Source: Epiperipatus broadwayi
Lineage: Eukaryota; Animalia; Onychophora
DNA: 64,000 nucleotides
Assembly (NCBI GenBank): GCA_028023455.1
Contig: JAQFVV010000008.1
Coordinates: 9,362,001 to 9,426,000, forward strand
Reading direction: 5' to 3'
The position numbers were made by a program, and so were the translations under genes. Within the stretch, counting starts at the first letter, position 1, and every line of letters begins with the position of its first letter. Below, in pieces: positions 1 through 11,697 of the stretch. The notes below the pieces were generated by a model that did no database searches, was not told where the DNA came from, and saw nothing but the letters and a program-made list of their open reading frames with translations.

Positions 1-1434
1 TCTGTAATTTTGGATTGACTGAAGTTTTTTTTCATTCTCTAGTAATTGAAGAGAGATTGGTTTGATGGACCATTTACTACACAAAGCAGATCTCAACTTT
101 TTCAATCTTAAGTCTAACAAAAAAAGAGAATAAAATAAGTAAACAATTTATTCTAATCTGATTTAGGTATATTATGCTAGTAAATATCTAGTTCATTAAT
201 CTATGTGTGAGCTTTTCACACCCTACTGGTATTTGTCAAAAACTTTTCAAAGAAAAATTTCAGAACATGCAAATATTTTTTAAATGGATAGAGTTTACAC
301 CAAATATATCTTATGAAATACCTACCAAGTCATACAAAATAATTTTGTAACTAAATAATTACACCATTGATGAGATTTCTCACAGAATTAGCCAATAGTA
401 AAAATCAATCATGATAATAATTCACAGCAGAGACTTAATGTTCTTGAAATGTCCATGGCTAGTTAAAATGTTTTAAACTACAACATGAAAAAAGAATAGC
501 ATTGCCTCAGTCTTTTTGAAATTATTATCAAAGTATAATGACTGCTTTTTTAAAGCTACATTATTGAATTCTCAAAGTCATAAGCATGCATATTTTAAAC
601 AGTTTTGCTGCTGCAATAATAAATTCATTTTCTGTATCTGAATTTAAAAAATTGTGCATTATATAGGAACTTTCAAAGCTATATGAAATGTTTTACATTC
701 TCATTTGCAATTCTTTAAAAAATATAATAAACTCTTTGACAAATGTTATAATATTTTCCAAATGCTACATCAAAATTAAGAAACTATCCCTACTTCTATC
801 CATATTTTAACAAATAATTTTTATATTTAAGGATCCATTGAAATTTTTTTTAAAAAGGTAAAATAAATTTTACATAAAAGTTTTGATATTATAATTATTT
901 TATCTGAATTTTGAATCGAATGATGTTTTTCAAATTATTATTTTCAGTTGGTGAATTCTTTTTATCACAATAGCTAAACATTTAAAATTGAACTAAAATA
1001 AATTGTAATAAGAGGATAAGAAGTACCAAATTATTACTAATAATGATCATGTTATAATGCTCTTTGATCAATTAATTTAATTTGTCTTCAAATGGACAAC
1101 TTGCAGGTTGAATTAAAATAATTGTTCTTTATAAATAAAATAATTGTTCAGTGTAGAGAATTTTTAAAATAAAATATGGAATGTTTACTGGTGACATCTG
1201 TAAGGTCTTGAATAAAAGCTTACTCATTAATATTAAGAATAATCTTAGGTGATATATTAGAATTAACATTTTTTTCATATTTCTATCAGTAATTTTCTTA
1301 CTTATTGATCAATTATATATATATATATATTAAATACTGACCAATGATATATTAGAAATTATAAATAAAATAGAAATTTATATAGTACTACAATATTACC
1401 CAAAACAATAATTTTTTTACTAAAATTCTTCCAC

Positions 1435-1472
1435 AACCATGGTTTCATCTATTAACAAATAGACCTTTCCAA
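1435..1472 (-). ncRNA. Decayed minimal type I hammerhead ribozyme (family 3), left arm
   Basis: Minus strand reads ttggaaa-g-GTCTATT tgtt AATAGAT-GAA-ACCATGGT-t|gtggaag: 7-bp stem II, GAAA and palindromic stem III. The CUGANGA box is mutated (ttggaaa). Confidence 0.45.
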
Positions 1473-1756
1473 ATAAAATTCAACTAAACATACAACATAT
1501 ATATACAAAACAAAATAGCCTTCCCATCATTCACTTCAAAAAACATTTCCTTTAACATCAAATGATGTCTTCATGAGATTGATGGCCTCAAATACAAAAA
1601 ATTTTATCACCAAAGTTTCTTTCACTCTTCTTTGATGATAAATTTTTTTGAGTCTGAGGCCATCTATCTCATGAAGATATCATTTAATGTTGGTTTTTGA
1701 AGTGAATGATGGGAAGGCTATTTTGTTTTGTATATGTATGTTTAGTTGAATTTCAC

Positions 1757-1794
1757 TTGAAAATGTCTCTTTATTAATAGATGAAACCATGGTT
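1757..1794 (+). ncRNA. Decayed minimal type I hammerhead ribozyme (family 3), right arm
   Basis: aatttcac-TTGAAAA-tgtctctttattaatagat-GAAACCATGGTT-atggaagaatt. Box matches CUGAAGA at 5/7; the flanks are complementary (stem I). Confidence 0.45.
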
Positions 1795-2434
1795 ATGGAA
1801 GAATTTTCGTAAAAATTTTGTTTTGGCTAGTATTGTAATGTTATACAAATTTCTGTTTTATATATATGAAAGTGGATACTTCATTGGAAGTTTTAATCAG
1901 TTGCCAAAATCAAGCACAAGAAAGAGTAGGGAGTAGTATAAAATTGGATAGAGAGGAAGAGGTCTAGAGCATAGCTCATTTGGTTGTAACTATAGTTTTA
2001 ATTAAACTTAATATTTTAAGATTATTACACATTAGAAAAGTTTGAATTCTGTTGTAAAAACTTTTTTTTTTTCAAATATTTTTTTAGTTTTAATTAAATA
2101 AGAGTTGCTTCAATTGAATTTGTTTTTTTAAGCCAAGATAATTAATAATTAGAATTAAGACTAGTAGGCATGTGGAGGTGATAAATAAGGTAGACCAATT
2201 TTTAATTTCCATATAAGTAAAATAATAACAGAAAGATGTTATCTCATAAAATTATATAAAGACCAAAAGGATTTATGATATTCATTCATGTTGCTTCCAG
2301 CTCTAGGAGATAGTATGATTGTGCTCAAATATATTAGGTTTTTTTTTTTTTTTCTGGATTTCTTTCTATAAGAGAGAGACTGGATGAGTAATTCCATCTA
2401 TTGTGAAGTATCAAAAATAAATTTCAATGCTAAC

Positions 2435-2500
2435 TAAAGTAAATGATAAATGAAAAGGAGCTATAAGTAAAGTAAATGATAAATGAAAAGAAGCTATAAG
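2435..2500. repeat. 33-bp tandem duplication
   Basis: taaagtaaatgataaatgaaaag(g/a)agctataag x2. Confidence 0.9.
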
Positions 2501-4077
2501 TAAATAAGCAAAAACTTTAGGATCTCCTTATTTATATTGTCTGCATCAGCTCTAAAGTGGTATCTGATTATTACTTTCCATGCTTATTTCCTCTTAATTA
2601 TCTTCAAATCAGGTAAAAGAATTTATCAAAATAAAAAAAATTTATTATATTTCAATTATTCTCATATATGGTACTTTGCATTGCAAATATCAAATTGGTG
2701 ACATAAATTCAAATACTTCAGAATTCAAAGGTGATTTATATCAGTATTCAAAAATTGCCTGGAAAATCTACTACACACACAACTAATAACTATATAGTAA
2801 GATTGTAAGTTATTTATTTATAAAAAAAATTTACACAGACTTTTACTATAACTTTAGTTCATTTAAAGATATAATTATATATTATAGATGTAATTTGTTT
2901 TTAATTTTTATTATTGGATTAATTTTTTTAAAGGAAATAAAAAAAATATTTTTTATATATAATCCTATATTTATTTATATTACACAATAAAATTTCTGTT
3001 ACATTTTCTTTGCATATGGTCAAAATACTATGAAAGATGCATTAAGGAGGGGGTGAGAAATAATTCTAATGCAATGGAGTGCATAATTAAGCATAACTGA
3101 GAGAAAATCAGTCATGATAAAAAGAAAAAGAAAGATTTTGAAATATGTTTCTATAAACTTATGTACTGATAAACATTATTTTGGAAGAGTATTCTTCTAT
3201 TGGTAATAAGAAATATAAAGAGCTTAAATAAAATGAAATTGTTGAATGATAAAGTAAAAGATTTATCTTTGGGTGCATATTAAAATCAATTAAAATTAGA
3301 TAGGTTTCTTAATTACTAAAATAAGTCATTAAAATTTATTTAATTTTAATATGTGAATATGAATATACATTTATAAGTAGAATGTGATACATTAAGTATA
3401 TGCTTTTGGAAATTAATTATATTATCTAGATATAAACTAAAATTATTATGAGTTATTAATTTTGAAAGGCTGCATCAATTTGTGGAATATCTGGACTACT
3501 TATGATTCTACTTTACTTAAATGCAATAGAATTAAAAAGAGAGAAAATGAAGAATAATAAGGGGTTTTTTTTTGATAATAACAATTTATAGTTTGAATTG
3601 AGCATAATTAAATGCTATTAGAATGATTTAAAATATTATTAAATGCAAAGTTGTACATGAATTTGTTATGGTGTAATATTGATTAGCATATAATTATCTA
3701 TAATTTGGATTGTCAGTGAATATGTCCATTCATATGATTTAAGAGAATTGACCAAGGATTTATTTTTATTTGCTTTTCATAGACAATATTAACATAGTCC
3801 TGTACTATGAACCTTATTTAGTTAGATGATTGAATTAATAAAATTATAAACATTGTATTGGTAATAAAATAATTTACATTTTGCTATTGAAATTAATGTA
3901 GCCCTGATATATATGTCCATGAAGATGTTATGAGTCATTATTTTATATGGCTTCCATATATTTAAACAATTCAAAATACAGCAAAACTCTCCATATAGTA
4001 GTGCCATCTTGTGCTAACAAGAGCAATCAATGGATGCCAGAAGGCTTGTGCATAAAATCCCTATCTAGTGCCTACTC

Positions 4078-4136
4078 ATCCAATATCCCCAGACTAGTTT
4101 CTGGCTTGTGGCCTTCATCAGTGAGGAGCCTTGGAT
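4078..4136 (-). ncRNA. Type I hammerhead ribozyme, core intact (family 1)
   Basis: Minus strand: atccaa-ggc-tcctca-CTGATGA-a-ggc cacaa gcc-a-GAA-ACTAGT-C|tgggga-ta-ttggat. Stem I is 6+6 bp, stem III is the palindrome ACUAGU, cleavage triplet GUC. Confidence 0.85.
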
Positions 4137-4543
4137 CTGAGAGCACTGCACCTAGATCTTAGGATCTAATGCAACCCTCCAGCACCCACCTTTTAACTCT
4201 ATTTAACTACAAAACTATGAGAATGAAATTGAAAACACTATTAATATTTTCAACCCAAGCTCAATAGCTTATATAGTCATATGGGTCTGAACTCAATTCA
4301 GTACCCATACATTTTGGTGTCTTTGGCTCTTTAACAACCATAGCCACCACTATCCTATTAGGCAGGATTGGTGTTAAACCACTAAACATCACATGATCAC
4401 TATCTCATACTAGCACAATAATTGTTATTAAACAATTCAAAATACAGCAAAACTCTCCATATAGTAGTGCCATCTTGTGCTAACAAGAGCAATCAATGGA
4501 TGCCAGAAGGCTTGTGCATAAAATCCCTATCTAGTGCCTACTC

Positions 4544-4588
4544 ATCCAATATCCCCAGACTAGTTTCTGGCTTGTGGCCTTCATCAGT
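4544..4588 (-). ncRNA. Hammerhead core intact but 5' strand of stem I removed by the inversion junction
   Basis: Core 4558-4587 is identical to 4092-4121; only 1 nt of stem I precedes CUGAUGA. Confidence 0.65.
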
Positions 4589-4934
4589 TAGCACAAGATG
4601 GCACTACTATATGGAGAGTTTTGCTGTATTTTGAATTGTTTAATAACAATTATTGTTCTAGTATGAGATAGTGATCATGTGATGTTTAGTGGTTTAACAC
4701 CAATCCTGCCTAATAGGATAGTGGTGGCTATGGTTGTTAAAGAGCCAAAGACACCAAAATGTATGGGTACTGAATTGAGTTCAGACCCATATGACTATAT
4801 AAGCTATTGAGCTTGGGTTGAAAATATTAATAGTGTTTTCAATTTCATTCTCATAGTCTTGTAGTTAAATAGAGTTAAAAGGTGGGTGCTGGAGGGTTGC
4901 ATTAGATCCTAAGATCTAGGTGCAGTGCTCTCAG

Positions 4935-4993
4935 ATCCAAGGCTCCTCACTGATAAAGGCCACAAGCCAGAAACTAGTCTGGGGATATTGGAT
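4935..4993 (+). ncRNA. Hammerhead ribozyme copy with G8A core mutation (probably inactive)
   Basis: ctcctca-CTGATAA-aggccacaagcca-GAAACTAGTC-tggggatattggat; G>A at 4955. Confidence 0.75.
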
Positions 4994-6300
4994 GAGTAGG
5001 CACTAGATAGGGATTTTATGCACAAGCCTTCTGGCATCCATTGATTGCTCTTGTTAGCACAAGATGGCACTACTATATGGAGAGTTTTGCTCTATTTTGA
5101 ATTGTTTAATAACAATTATTGTGCTAGTATGAGATAGTGATCATGTGATGTTTAGTGGTTTTCCATATATTTAGTTATATTTTATGATTATTGTTTGATA
5201 ATGTGAGCTAAATGATTTTATTAATTAATTTTTATCTATTCAATTGTGTTAGCATTGGAAATATCATAAAATAATTATATGAAATGATTATAATGATTAA
5301 GAAAATTTAAAAACACAATCAAAAAATTATAAGAATAATCTGAGAATTTGTAAAACCTCAGGAAGAAAATTCATTTCCAAAACAATATATATTAAAACCA
5401 TGAACACATACATATAAGTCAAATTTAAAATAGTGTGTTGAGTTACATTAAGGTTCCGAAAATAATTACTGTTAAAGTAATGAATTTGATGGATAAACTT
5501 GAAAGTAAATTATTTAAAGATAAAAAAAAGTTTAAATAGTATAAGCATAAAGAGTTAAACTCATTTAAAATATTTTTATAATCAAATATTATCGCTATGA
5601 AACTGACACATAGAGAAGAGTAACCTTTTTGAAAAAGGTGAATATATTTTGTATATGAATTTGAAATGCTAGATGTGGGATTATCAATTAATGATAGCCT
5701 GTATATAATTTATATATAAATAAATCTGTTGTGATATTTGTTAAACTAGTATTTTCTTATGAGTTGTTTTTTAGTAGTGCTTTAATTTAATGTATAAATA
5801 GAAGAAATTCATAATGCCCAATCTAAGTCAGAAATAATTATACTATATGATGATTACAAAGCAAAATAGAGATGAAGATTAAATTTTTCTTTGTTATTTT
5901 ATGTTATAGTATTAACATAGAATATGGTAACTATAGTGCAATTGTAGAAAACAGAGACATGAGAGTACTTTTGTAAAAGGATTATATTTTAAACACAATA
6001 TAAATCATCTTTTGGGGTTCTGGAAGAACTTGGGATGATCAAATTGGAAATAGTTGTTGAAAAGTATTAGGGAAACATTAAAAGTATAACATCTCCCTAG
6101 CATTTATATATGTACTTATCTTTTGTCCAGCATAACTTTATTTAATCATTATAATATGTATATAAAACATAGTTAGTAAGAAGATAGTAAAATTAACTTA
6201 ACATGAAAATTTTTATTTAAAATTATTTTTTTTTTCATTACTTTATCAGGTGCTGATCTGACTAAATAGTGTTATAGGGTATTACTAGTTGTTCTTCAGT

Positions 6301-6410
6301 TTAAAACAGGCAAAACTCTCCATACAGTAGTGCCACTCAGTGCAAGCCAGAGTAATCAATGGATTCCAGAAGGCTTGTGCATAAAATCCCTATCTAGTGC
6401 CTCTCATCCA
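6301..6410 (-). mobile_element. Family 1 fragment (3' part only, stops before the ribozyme)
   Basis: ttaaaacaggcaaaactctccatacagtagtgcc...ctagtgcctctcatcca matches the unit. Confidence 0.88.
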
Positions 6411-8186
6411 TTGTGGTTACCATTATCATTTTACAATTTTAAAATACAATAAATGCAAATACTTTAAACAACATAATTTATTTGACTATAACTGTAAATT
6501 GACAATTGCCTGAAAACAAGTCTTAGTAGTATGTTTAATTCCCATTATTTGTTTAATGGTAGTTATAGTGCATTTTCTAACTCTAGATGGTATATATACA
6601 TTTATTACTGGAGATTTCAGTGCTGCTAATAATGCATTTGGTAGTTTAAAAAATCACTTTAAATGTGGTATTTTAATTTAATCATAATGCAAATATATTA
6701 AATTCACAATTATATATATATTTGCAAATGACTTTTAGTATAATCATACAATCTAATAGAAGTATCTATTTTCTACTGCTATGATTAATCTTTTCCAAGT
6801 GTATATATGCTATGTTCTCCAACGATAGACAGAGTGGTCAACTAGGTAATGCAGTGTTATGTTTAAAAAAGGACATTTACCAGTGCTACAGCCTGATATT
6901 GTCTGAACACAATTTACTCCATTATTTAAAGTTATTTTATAAATTTAAGACTCTTTGCATCATTTAGATGCTCAATATAATGAAGAATATGAACTATATT
7001 GTATGGCCATATGTTACTACTAGTGCTACTACTACTACTACTATTATTATTTTTATTAATATTATTTTTAAAAAACCTTTAGTGGAGAAGATATAAATTA
7101 AATATATCAATAGGCTTAATGTTTTTGAGAATCTATACCTCATAATTGCACCCTTCATAAAAATATATAATAAAATGTATGCAAAGATATTTAAATTAGC
7201 CAGTGTTATATAGCCCATTTCTTCGAAATCTCGAAGCAAGTATCTTTTTGATTGATAGCATGGATATTTTCATTAATGTAGAATGCTTCTTTTATTTAAT
7301 ATTATTTTTATAAAAGAATATGTTTAATAAATAGTGAACCATAGCATGATATTCCAAACTGAATTGAACAAAATCAAAGCTATTGTTTATATTATACAAA
7401 TAATTATGCATCTGGAAGAATATTCTGACATTTAGATTTCAGAAAATAAATTTCAATCTCTTAGCATAAAAAAACTATACAAAAGTGCAGAGATTTGGTG
7501 AAGTATACATGTATTGCAAAAATGACTTACTTTATTTATAAAGATGAACAAATAATTTCTCACACAAAAAATAATACAAATTATGAAGACAGAATAATTC
7601 TAATCCATATTTTTATAAACATTATTTAATTTTGATTATATCAGAATCTTGAAGTAAATTGTTCAGATACATATAGATGTGAGCCATAAAAAGCAGCTTT
7701 GATTTTGCTCCACAAATACATATGTTAGTGAGAGCTTCTTTGTCTTTTATTTATTAGATTTCTTCTTTGTGATTATTTAAATATTAATTAAGATTATGTA
7801 AAATAAAGATTAAAATTCCCCTGCCTTCATAATTAATATATTGAATGTATGTGTTGTTTATATAATGTTTTTAAAATTAGAGTATTATACCCACAGATGA
7901 AATATTTGTACTGTACATACACACACATGTTTATTAAACTTTTCATTATTTATTTTCTAAGACATTTAAGGAGATATTGATTTGTATGCCATATATCCAA
8001 GTTTTGGAGAACGTATAATAAATAACATCACATGATCACCATTTCTTATGCTTTCTCATAACTGTTATTAAACAGGCAAAAGTCTTCACACAGTAATGCC
8101 ACTCAGTGCAAGCCAGAGTAATCATTGGATGCCAGAAGTCTTGTGCATAAAATCCCTATCTAGTTCCCACTCATTGAATATCCCCA

Positions 8187-8216
8187 GACTAGTTTCTGAC
8201 TTGTGGCCTTCATCAG
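8187..8216 (-). ncRNA. Hammerhead core, intact (G-U wobble in stem II)
   Basis: Minus strand: CTGATGA-aggccacaagtca-GAAACTAGTC. Confidence 0.78.
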
Positions 8217-8636
8217 TGAGGAGTCTTGGATCTGAAAGCACTGCACCTAGATCTCAGGATCTAATGCAACCCTCCAGTGGCTACCTTTTATCTCTACTTA
8301 ACTACAAAACTATGAGAATAAAATTGAAAATACAATAATATTTTCAATCTAAGTTCATTAGCTTATATAGTCATATAGGTCTGAACTCTGTTCAGTACCC
8401 ATACATTTTGGTGTCTTTGGTTCTTTAATAATCATAGCCACTACTATCTTATTAGGCAGGATTGGTATTAAACCACTAAACATCAGACGATCACCATTTC
8501 TTATGCTTGGTCATAACTGTTATTAAAACAGGCAAAACTCTCCATACAGTAATGCCACTCAGTGCAAGCCAGAGTAATCAATGTATGCCAGAAGGCTAAG
8601 ATTTAGGTGCAGTGCTCTCAGATCCAAGGCTCCTCA

Positions 8637-8666
8637 CTGACAAAGGCCACAAGCTAGAAAGTAGTC
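8637..8666 (+). ncRNA. Hammerhead core, decayed
   Basis: CTGACAA-aggccacaagcta-GAAAGTAGTC (G8A, stem III broken). Confidence 0.65.
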
Positions 8667-9069
8667 TTGGAATATTGGATGAGTAAGCACTAGATAGGGT
8701 TTTATATGCATAAGCCTTCTGGAATCCATTGATTACTCTGGCTTGCACCGAGTGGCACTACTGTATGGAGAGTTTTACCTGTTTTAATATGGTGATCATG
8801 TGCTGTTTAGTGGTTTAGTACCAATCCTGCCTAGTAAGATTGTGGTGGCTATGGTTATTAAAAACCCAAAGACAACAAAATGTATGGGTACTGAACTGAG
8901 TTCAGATCTATATGACTATATAAGCTAATGAGCTTAGATTAAAAATATTATTGTGTTTTCAATTTTATTCTCATGATTTTGTAGTTAAGTAGAAATAAAA
9001 TATGGCTTCTGGAGAGTTGCATTAGACCCTAAGATCTAGGTGCAGTGCTCTCAGATCCAAGATTCCTCA

Positions 9070-9099
9070 CTGATGAAGGCCACAAGCCAGAAACTAGTC
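9070..9099 (+). ncRNA. Hammerhead core, intact
   Basis: ttcctca-CTGATGA-aggccacaagcca-GAAACTAGTC-tgggga. Confidence 0.8.
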
Positions 9100-9339
9100 T
9101 GGGGATATTATATTAGTAAGCACTAGATAGGGATTTTATGCACAAGATTTCTGGCATCCATTGATTCCTCTGGCTTGCATTGAGGAGCACTACTGCATGG
9201 ACAAAGTTTTGTCTGTTTTAATATAATAAATAACTGTGATCATAAACATAGATAAGTACTGATATAGTATGAAAATTACATACATCATGACCATCTTCAA
9301 TGAATCCACAGTAAATAAGGTCAAGAACATTATCTAAAC

Positions 9340-10959
9340 ACTAAATCGAAAAACAGAGTATAAATTGAATAAAATTAGAAAAATATTTTGCGGTAATTCT
9401 TGATTGTACTTCAGCTATCAGTTACCAAGAATAAATATACCTTACATTTAGATATGTCTCTCATGGTAAAAAATAAAAATTCAATCCTATTTTATTAAAT
9501 TTATAAAGGTAAAAAGCAGTTCTAGAGAAAATTTATATGTCATGCTGAAGTGAAAAATGAATTCATTAGAATTAAATATTAATAATATCAGGGGAAATGA
9601 TATGATAATGATCCAAATATAAAGAGAAACATTTCTAGAGTTTAGGTTAGACTCTTAAAGGAAAAGTCAAGAGCATCTTTTTCACCTTAGCTCATCACAA
9701 TTATAATCTTATTTTGACACAGTTAAAACTTGTCCTGATGCATTAACTTTCTTTAGTATACTTCAATACCTTTATATTTTATCATCATCATTCACAAAGA
9801 GTTTGGCAATTTTCCTTAAATATGTTAAAGGTTTTACTATGAAACCTGTTTGCAATATAAGATAGGAATGTCACATTCAAAGTGTTAAGGCAATAAGGTA
9901 TGAAGGAAGTGCGGTCTATAATGCACTTCTTGAAATATCAGCAACATTAGAATTTTCTCAAGTAAAAAGTAATCCAGAATCACTTGTAAATCCAGTAAAG
10001 AATTCCAAGTTTATAGTATCCCTCTTTTTTTTTTTTTTTTTGATATGATTTACTTTTATAGATAAACTTTGTTAGCAAGGAACTTCAAAGTGATTCTGTG
10101 GATCTTTCATAATACTTTCTTCATTTGAAAAACCATTATGTTGGTTGACAAAATACAGGGATGCTGGGTTCAAGTAAATGTTAGTTGAGGCAAAATGCTC
10201 ACAGAAGATTTGGAGATAATTTCAGAATTTTAAAATAAAAGGTTGATTATATATTTTAGTTATGAAGTCAATGATAAGCTAATTTTTAATCCTGCAGAAC
10301 TATTCAAAGTATTTCTTTTTAAATGTAGTTCTGAATAAAGTAAAACAATTATTGCAAACCCAATTTGAACATTTGAGAAATCTTAAGGATTTATTTAGAT
10401 TTTTGGAAAAATTTTGAAAAATAGAAAAAGGCAAATTAATTTCATAAAGGAGATGGATTTAGATGGCAATATGTTGGTCAATGAAATTGAAGTCCTAAAA
10501 ATTATTCTTTCATTAGATATTATGGAAAGCCTTTTAAAGTGTTTCATTCTGGCAGAAAATGGTAGAGGTACAGTTTTTTCTGATCTTTTCATTACTCTTT
10601 AGATATATTTAACTATGCTAGTGTCTGTTGCTTCAGGAGAAAGAATATTTTCTTGGTTAAAATTAATAAAAAAATATTTACGGTCAATATGATTAAAAAT
10701 AGTTTAGTGATCCAATCTATTGGAAAGTCAAGAAGCATGGTAGTTAGATTTTGATTCAATTTTGGAAAACCAAAAGCTAGAAAATGTTTTATTTTGCTTC
10801 AATATAGATGATATATATAAATTATTTAAATTATATTATTCGATTACTAATTTTTTTTTTATTAAAAATATGTACTTATTTGTAAAAGTTTAAGCCACAT
10901 TTTGAAAGATCCCACAAAAAATATCCATTTAGGCCTCACACTAACTGAATCCAGTCCTG
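9340..10959 (+). mobile_element. Decayed hAT DNA transposon (ZMYM1/DUF4371-type transposase, 3' two-thirds plus right TIR)
   Basis: Broken translations: ILDCTSAIS..TFRYV (~9396-9460), NIRG.(Y)DN (~9585), KPVCNIR*ECHIQSVKAIRYE (~9843-9903) and dimerisation motif LTMLVSVASGERIFSWLKLIKKYLRS (~10610-10687). The end taggcctcacactaactgaatccagtcctg resembles a CAGGGCCGGATT-type TIR. Confidence 0.75.
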
Positions 10960-10977
10960 TCTATAATATAAGCAATT

Positions 10978-11303
10978 ACCATTTGTATTTAAGAACAAAG
11001 ATTTAATTGAAATTATTGTAACCTTTTTATCTTATAAATCTTTGATTATGATAAATTGTTTTTATTTCATATTTTAAAATATAATTCTTAATTTTTCAAG
11101 AACTACATACTTATTGCTGTTTTTTTTTACAAATGTATATACCATTTGTATTTAAGAACAAAGGTTTAATTGAAATTATTGTAACCTTTTTATCTTATAA
11201 ATCTTTGATTATGATAAATTGTTTTTATTTCATATTTTAAAATATAATTCTTAATTTTTCAAGAACTACATACTTATTGCTGTTTTTTTTACAAATGTAT
11301 ATA
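10978..11303. repeat. Near-perfect 163-bp tandem duplication
   Basis: ccatttgtatttaagaacaaag...acaaatgtatata starts at 10979 and 11142. Confidence 0.95.
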
Positions 11304-11697
11304 CTTTTAATAAGAAATATATGTATATTTAAAAAGTGTATTACATAGGTCGCTTTTGTATTGTTGTTGTTATTATTATTGTTATTTATCTCGGTGTTAT
11401 AGATATTGAATTGTGTTTTTTTTTTTAATATATAAATTTAATTTAAGAATAAAAAATCATTTGTAATTCTACTGCAATACATATATTTTTGCCTTGTGGA
11501 TTTAAGATCCAAAGATCCCAGAATAGATTTTTTTTACTTATAAATAACAGATGTAATTTTATTTCTACTATAGCTTATATTAGTTAATGACTCATATAAT
11601 AATTACAATCAACAATAATTGGGTATTTGTGTTAATTATATAGTCTCCCAGTTGTTTTAAGTTTGGCATAGGCTATTATTTAAATTGTATTAGATTT

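Larger units (their letters stand above)
1360..1866. repeat. Fold-back inverted repeat (~240 bp diverged arms, short spacer) with a decayed hammerhead-like motif in each arm
   Basis: Left aattcttccacaaccatggtttcatctatt...tagccttcccatcattcacttcaaaaa...gtcttcatgagat is the reverse complement of right atctcatgaagatatc...tttttgaagtgaatgatgggaaggcta...aatagatgaaaccatggttatggaagaatt; centre ~1610-1625. Confidence 0.92.
3952..5173. mobile_element. Head-to-head inverted composite of hammerhead repeat family 1 (retrozyme / non-autonomous Penelope-type), 13-bp TSD
   Basis: 466-bp period (gcaaaactctcc at 3981 and 4447). Orientation switches at 4587-4588 (GT microhomology). TTCCATATATTTA occurs at 3952-3964 and 5161-5173. 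Confidence 0.88.
8014..9234. mobile_element. Second head-to-head inverted composite of family 1, 13-bp TSD
   Basis: Antisense arm 8027-8597 (period 456) and sense arm 8596-9221 (cores at 8637 and 9070), with CT junction microhomology. TATAATAAATAAC occurs at 8014-8026 and 9222-9234. Confidence 0.88.

Noticed and set aside
3947-4634. Recurrent 60-80 aa ORFs (…KTLHIVVP…WMPEGLCIKS…), also at 8096, 47477 and 48016
   Set aside because: They lie antisense to the ribozyme, start and stop differently in each copy and show no known motif; best explained by the repeat's higher GC content.
3947-9234. CRISPR array or LTR interpretation of the repeats
   Set aside because: No short repeat-spacer periodicity, no TG..CA termini or PBS, and the context is eukaryotic.
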